From the NCBI GenBank assembly GCA_013239625.1, contig MU057344.1, positions 9,398,727 to 9,462,726 of the forward strand: 64,000 nucleotides of DNA, read 5' to 3'. Positions 60,846 through 64,000 of this stretch are shown one piece after another; position 1 is the first letter of the stretch; the number at the start of each line of letters is the position of its first letter. Source of the DNA: Lama guanicoe. Its lineage: Eukaryota. The notes under the pieces were generated by a model. It saw only the letters and a program-made list of their open reading frames with translations. It made no database searches and was not told the DNA's origin. The translations under genes were made by a program, and so were the position numbers.

Positions 60846-62154
60846 GTACTGCCTGCTGCATGGAGTCATTTTGGAGATGAAAGGAGATAATGTACAGAAG
60901 CACTGGACTCAGTGTGGAACACTTAGATATTTTTCCACTGGTGATTATTGTTTTTGCTGCTGCAGTTGGTGCTGGGGCTGGAATCATGGAAGGTGGAAAA
61001 AAGTGGGGCTGATGGAGCCAAGTGTAGGGGGAAGAAGCATGGGGACCCACTGCCAGGATACCCTTACCAGATGGGAGCGACAGACTGTCTGTCTTAGCAG
61101 CGAGTGGATTACTTTCCAGCCCCAATATCAAGCCAACTAAAATGACGTGACAGGAGTCATTTGGGACTAGTTTGGGCTGGTTAAATTCAAAACTGCATTA
61201 TCGTTAAGCCTGGAGGTCACACACCAATAGTGTTAACCAACAAACAAGCAGCAACAGAATTCTGAGATGAACAACAATTAAGCTAAATTTAGCTCTTCTT
61301 AGCCCTAATGGCTGGAGCCCACAGGAGGCCAGACATCCCCCGGACACTTCTCATTTGCTGGGGCAGTACAGCTGGCCTGCACGGACTACGTGGCCAAGCA
61401 CAGCAGTCGTATTTCCAACCAAATGGATGGCTCTGTTTGGGGCATTGTGATCCTGATGGGGAGAGGGTGGACGATCTGGACTCTTCCAATTTCAGCATTA
61501 TTTTTAGAGTGTTTATGTGTGTCTGAATCGGCAGCACAAACTCCGCTCCCACATTTGTTAACCCTGGGCAGCAGGGCAGTGCATAGTCAAGACTGACCGT
61601 TTTGTTCTGAACGGCAAACAAGCTTTTGAGGCTGTCGCTTCGACAAGCACCCAGGTAGCTGAGGACTTTGGGAACAAGATGACTTTTCATGTTGGATGAA
61701 AACTCTGGCTATGGTTCCATAGATCCTCTAGCAATTTCAAATGAATGGTTTTCTCTCTTTCTGGCACTAAATTGCCAAACTGTGTGTTCTCCAACCCCCC
61801 AAAAATAAAAAATTGAACTAAGCCAAAAACTCATCTTCATTAAACTATGCTTTTGTTTTTTGCTTTCAACATGGCAATCGGTCATATGCATTAATGGACA
61901 AGGACATGACTCTTGTCTTCAGCAAAATAGCAGTTTTTAATCATTTTTGTTTTTCATGCTGTCACCCCAGAAGTATTCTTGGAGGCTGGTTCACATGGTG
62001 TCATTTTCTCTGTATCATTGCTATTAGCTCTCTGAGCACTCGGAGCTCAGGAACCTGAAATCTAAAAGGGAAACAAAGTTTGAATTGACTTTTTTTTTTC
62101 TGACAGTGAATTACAAACATAAGTTGGGGTTCTCTAGACCATTCTTTAGACCAA

Positions 62155-62330
62155 TTGAGGGGACATTTTTGGTGGTCACAACCAGCCAAACGTGGGTGGT
62201 GGAGGTTGTGGGGGTTACTGGCATCCAGTGGGTAGGGGCCAGGGCTGCTGCTAAATGTGATACAGGGCACAGGGCAGCAACTCCCTGGATGACTAAATTC
62301 AAGGAATGCACAGACGGTGCAGCTAAAGGA
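62155..62330 (+). mobile_element. MER20 fragment
   Basis: gacatttttggtggtcacaac...ttactggcatccagtgggtaggggccagggctgctgctaaa. Confidence 0.85.
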
Positions 62331-62959
62331 AATGAGGATCGGGAAGACAGAGGAAATGTCTGGGCAAGGACAGCTCCCTGACATAGGGGACCTCCCATGC
62401 CCATGGGGCACCTCTGTGGGGTTAGATAAGCGTGCTCATGCTGCCCTGTAGGCACCATCCTCCAGGAAGATGCAGCCCCCACTGGCCGGGGGGTGCATAG
62501 GGTAGAGGCAGGGCATCTCTAGATTTCAGCCCCACCCTCCACTTCCACCAGGCAGCCACAGGAGGGGGCTCTGCCTGGTTCCTCTTTCTGCTCCTCATGG
62601 GGATGCAGGGAAGGGTGATGACAGTCTACCCAGGATGAAACATCTGCCTGGCCCAAGGAGCCTGAAACAAAGGAGTGACACGGCTTTGGCAGACAGCCCT
62701 GTCCCCAACCCCATCACCAAGATCTCTACTGCTGCGGCCAGAACCTACTTCATCAGCATCCTCAGACTTGGCCACCGTGTCGGGTCCTTCTTCATCTTGG
62801 AGCTCCACATCTCTTGTGCCTATTGTCCACATTTGGGATCTCAGAGTTCCTTCTGGGCCATAGCTGTGACTATACTAGGGGTTATGGAATCTCCTAAAGG
62901 ACCCAGCTTTGCAGGATTCAGGAACACTCCATTTCTGTTCACTGAGGGACATGTCATGT

Positions 62960-63150
62960 GCAGGAGTACCGTGGATTCACACTTCATAAGTTCACATCCC
63001 AGCTCCACCATGACTGAGGGTATAACCTATAGCAAGTTTTTTTAAACTTCTCTGAGATTTCATTGTCTCATCTATAAAGTGAGAATCACAATGGTACCCA
63101 CCCCCCCAATAAAGTGAGTATGGAAGTTAAATGGAATCATAAATGTCAGG
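62960..63150 (+). mobile_element. MIR SINE
   Basis: gttcacatcccagctccacca...gcaagttttttaaacttctctgag...ctcatctataaagtgagaat. Confidence 0.8.
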
Positions 63151-63404
63151 GGCTGAACCCAAAGCCCTGGATAGATGGAGGAGGCTTCAAAGGATATTAT
63201 GTTGAGTCTCATCACACCTGTCTCATCTATCAACTCCCCCAGCAACCTTGGGCCAGAAGGCCTTGTTGTCCCCCTCATTTGGCAGGTACAAAAAGCAATG
63301 CCCAGAGAGTTTCATTCTACGAACTGAAGAACCAGCACAGGAACCCAGGCTTCCTGTTCCTACCATGTCCTGGCTTCTACTACGTAGCTCTGCTGCCTCT
63401 TCAG

Positions 63405-63690
63405 NNNNNNNNNNNNNNNNNNNNNNNNNNNNNNNNNNNNNNNNNNNNNNNNNNNNNNNNNNNNNNNNNNNNNNNNNNNNNNNNNNNNNNNNNNNNNNNN
63501 NNNNNNNNNNNNNNNNNNNNNNNNNNNNNNNNNNNNNNNNNNNNNNNNNNNNNNNNNNNNNNNNNNNNNNNNNNNNNNNNNNNNNNNNNNNNNNNNNNNN
63601 NNNNNNNNNNNNNNNNNNNNNNNNNNNNNNNNNNNNNNNNNNNNNNNNNNNNNNNNNNNNNNNNNNNNNNNNNNNNNNNNNNNNNNNNNN
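63405..63690. other. Assembly gap (N run)
   Basis: 286 N. Confidence 0.99.
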
Positions 63691-64000
63691 CACAGGACAA
63701 ATCCTGAATAATTCCCCTTATATGAAAAATCTAAAACAGTCAAACTTATAGAAGCAGAGAATGCAATAGTGGTTACCAGAGGTTGGAGAGAGGCAGAGGT
63801 AGGGAGTTTCTGTTCAGTGGGTATAAGTCTCAGTTATACAATGTGAGTTTATTCTGGGAGGTCTGCTGTGCAACATGGTGCCTGGACTTAATATGGCATC
63901 GTGCACTTCAAAATTCATTAAGAGGGTAGATCTCATGTTAAATGTTCTTACCACAAAACAAAATAAAACCCAAAAAACCCAAAGGGACACAAGGAAACTC
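63691..64000 (+). mobile_element. LINE-1 3'UTR (L1MA10/L1MB1-like)
   Basis: atctaaaacagtcaaacttatagaagcagaga...gtggttaccagagg...aagagggtagatctcatgttaaatgttcttaccac. Confidence 0.88.

Noticed and set aside
63114-63751. Long ORFs spanning N runs (also at 2188, 25937, 42695-43286, 44486)
   Set aside because: Artefacts of translating through gaps

Overview
Mammalian genomic DNA, most likely a camelid: a tRNA-Ala-derived Vic-1-type SINE sits at 18481-18584, and the L1 3' ends and Tigger1 derivative are of laurasiatherian/artiodactyl type. The window is almost entirely intronic. I can support one coding exon: 158 bp on the + strand (10739-10896, phase 1 to phase 0). I recognise it as exon 2 of the long, upstream-promoter isoform of KAZN (kazrin), so the window would cover the end of intron 1 and about 53 kb of intron 2. 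The rest is a typical eutherian repeat landscape (MIR, L2, L3/CR1, L1, MLT1/MER21/MER74/LTR39-like LTRs, MER20/Charlie1/MER63/Tigger1/FordPrefect-like DNA transposons), several repeat-poor candidate regulatory blocks, two short tandem duplications and seven N gaps. There are no prokaryotic features, CRISPR arrays or true RNA genes. The most promising leads are: (i) one or two in-frame candidate alternative terminal exons (51171-~51800 and 12060-~12175) that would give a short protein from the upstream KAZN exons alone; (ii) an L1 whose 5'UTR is fused directly to the RT region of ORF2 inside one TSD pair; (iii) a near-consensus CTCF site inside an ERVL LTR. Repeat family names come from recalled consensus similarity, not a database search, and boundaries of old repeats are approximate (about +/-30 bp).
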